Origin: Podarcis erhardii
Taxonomy: Eukaryota
Strand: one strand, 5' to 3'
Assembly (NCBI GenBank): GCA_964252035.1
Contig: OZ176209.1
Length of the DNA: 64,000 bases
Shown here piece by piece: positions 61,701 through 64,000 of the stretch (positions within the stretch are counted from its first letter, which is position 1; every line of letters starts with the position of its first letter). The notes under the pieces were generated by a model. That model had not been told where the DNA came from. It did not search any database and saw only the letters and a list, made by a program, of their open reading frames with translations. The translations under genes were made by a program, and so were the position numbers.

Positions 61701-63920
61701 GTTCCATTACACAATGATGGCACTGGGTGATGAATCCAATATTAAGATTCTATATATTCAGTTTGTAGTATCTTATTGCTCCAAGTGTGTTCCATGTTGC
61801 ATGACTATTTTTTACTTCAGTCTAATTATTTTCCTAGTCTACAAAATAGCTCATTCGGTCTGGATTATTTCCACTTACTAAAGCTCCTGAGGTTGTACCG
61901 TTTTTGCCACTGCTTCCTCTGTAGAAAGACCTGATGTTTTCACAAAGCTCTAAATCTCTAGAAAGACTATTTGTGACTTTCGTGCAAGGAATTGGGAGAC
62001 CCTCATGACATACTCTTTAATGATTAATGGAACACAGAGAGTTAAGACACTCTTAACTAATCCATTCCTTGCATCTGCTGGAGTAGATGAATATTTAAGT
62101 GATATTAGTCTTTAAACAGCTTTTAAGCTATCTCCTACCCCCCAATACACATTGTTGTTTCTTCTTCCTTGGACAGGTTCACCATGACTGGAAATTTAGG
62201 AGGTCTAGCTGAACCTTACACATTGGGATTAAGCAGCTCAGGGGCAGTACCACAGCTAATTCTCCAATTCTGCTGTACTACCATTAGTGAAGACCAGCAA
62301 GAACATTTGCTGTGCATTCTGAGCTTCCAAACAGAGCAATTAATTTGAAGTTTCCCTATTCAAGTATTTAAACACGACCAAAAAGCATTGCTTAATGGTA
62401 GTACCATGTTTCAGGAAAACTTGAAATACTGCAGTCTCAGTTTCTTAAAACACAAATTTGTTAAACCAAATCAAAATAAGACTAGGTACCAGCCACAAAA
62501 CTGAAACTTGTGCATAATGACATGAAGATCAAGATCAAAATACCCAAGATCTTACTCTTAACCACAGAGTCGTTAATCATGGCAACTTTTATTCAGTTTA
62601 AAAATTATCACCATTTCAATTCTTTCTTCACCTTTCCTGCACCATTTCAAAAATAGCTCTGCCCTGTTGGTTATGCAGCTTCTGTCAGTCCAATTTTATG
62701 CCTGGCTAGAGGTGAATAGATAAGTGCATGGTTCATGGAACTGCCAAGTCAACTACAAACAGTCACACAGTGAACATTCCCTCCCTCTTAGACACAGCTA
62801 GGCTGATGTGTGTTTTCAGAAGCAACTATGCATTGTGACACGCATGTTTATAAAAGGCTTTACAGAAGTCGTTGAGGTATGGAACACAGTCTTCTGAGGG
62901 TACCAAAACATCAAAAGAAACAGGAGGGCACAATGCAAGAAGTTATCTACTGGCCAAAAACAAAAAATCTAAGACATTTCATTAATTCAAGGCCCAAAGC
63001 ATAACCAGATGTAGGAGTCATTGTTTATTCTGCAGGAAGTGGAAGTCATAAAGGCATAATCTAAACACCAGCTCTTGCACCAGGCAAATATGCAATTTGT
63101 ACAGTCAAGAAACATATTTATTCTTATGAGAAAATAAGGGCACAAAGGAGATGAGGGCGAGTGGAAAGCCCCTGGTAAAACCACTGTTTGCACCCTCCTA
63201 GTACACTTTACAAAATCAAAATATGAAAAATATATAATTTTAAAGGTTATTAGTATGTTTTTGCTATTTAGATTTTCTAACCACTGAACAGCTTTACTTT
63301 GAGAATAAAAACAACTTGGGAGTCATTTCACTAATCCCAGATTAATTCTGTTTAAATCTGGCAGTGTTCTATCTCCCAGAGAGGAATAATCTGTATGCTC
63401 ACTGTGCTCCAGTTCAACTATCAAGTTGTAAGAAACAGATGGGAGGGAGGGGGCCTGGATATTCTTAGAGGGTTTCGTTGTACCTTCAAAACACAATTTT
63501 CAAATAACACTTCAAGTAGAACCCATTTTTTCTTAACCCATTTCACACAGGAATCTAGAGAAATACAACTTAAAGCACTCTGAGATATTCAATAAAATTA
63601 AAACAAGCTCAATCTAAATGCATAACCTGAATTTGTTCATGACTGTGAGGTAGCTCAAGTCTGCTGCCCCACGAAAACAGAACTAAACTCATATGAAGAC
63701 CAATGCATTTTAATTAAGATCAATTTAAAAATAATGCTGTTACCTTTGTTCTTGTTCATTATCCTAAATAATATCTATATGTTCTGCTATGGACAAAAAA
63801 ATCAACACTGCTTTCCTTTGAACAGTTAGTAAATCTTAAATACAACTGTTGTACAGAGAGATGCCCATATCTGTTCATCAACACTGGAGGAAGATACAGT
63901 TGGACATTTAACTTCCTTAC

Positions 63921-64000
63921 CCATCCACCTTGCTGGATGATGTAGTCTGCAACATAGTCTTCCAGGTAGGTCACTCCAAAATTCAGCAGTGCCCCAAGTG
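63921..64000 (-). CDS. BCL2L13: BCL2L13 penultimate coding exon (partial, runs off window), LGALLNFGVTYLEDYVADYIIQQGGW
   Basis: BH2 motif QQGGW, TGG|GTAAGG donor in phase 0, in frame with the 56923 acceptor. Confidence 0.95.

Noticed and set aside
63759-63920. 53-aa intron read-through extension of the BCL2L13 BH2 exon
   Set aside because: The donor GTAAGG is strong, and an open frame of this length is unremarkable.
1-64000. CRISPR arrays, rRNA genes, autonomous transposase or full-length LINE
   Set aside because: None seen. All mobile elements are short non-autonomous copies or fragments.

Overview
Vertebrate genomic DNA from a squamate reptile, probably a lacertid lizard (judged from Sauria/Squam-type SINEs, Tigger-like MITEs and squamate L1/L2 fragments). 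It holds three spliced genes in the conserved amniote order. (1) The 3' end of MICAL3 on +: five constitutive exons encoding the C-terminal bMERB Rab-binding domain, three in-frame cassette exons of 51, 51 and 66 nt that the ORF track does not resolve, and a 3'UTR of about 3.8 kb. (2) A complete BID gene on +: CpG-island promoter, a probable non-coding exon 1, and five coding exons giving 187 aa with an LQTD/G caspase-8 site and a BH3 motif. (3) The last exon and part of the penultimate exon of BCL2L13 (Bcl-rambo) on -, converging on BID. The rest is intron and intergenic DNA with many short transposon copies, several with intact TIRs and TSDs, and one nested L1-in-MITE insertion. I see no rRNA, real tRNA gene or CRISPR array, and no wholly new gene. 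The best leads are regulatory: combinatorial splicing around the MICAL3 bMERB domain, including an exon with a basic/CPCC motif; an ATG at the BID exon-1 donor that acts as uORF or alternative start depending on splicing; a stop codon plus AATAAA just inside the last BID intron; and a near-perfect MITE-derived hairpin. Orthology calls rest on remembered protein sequences, not database searches.
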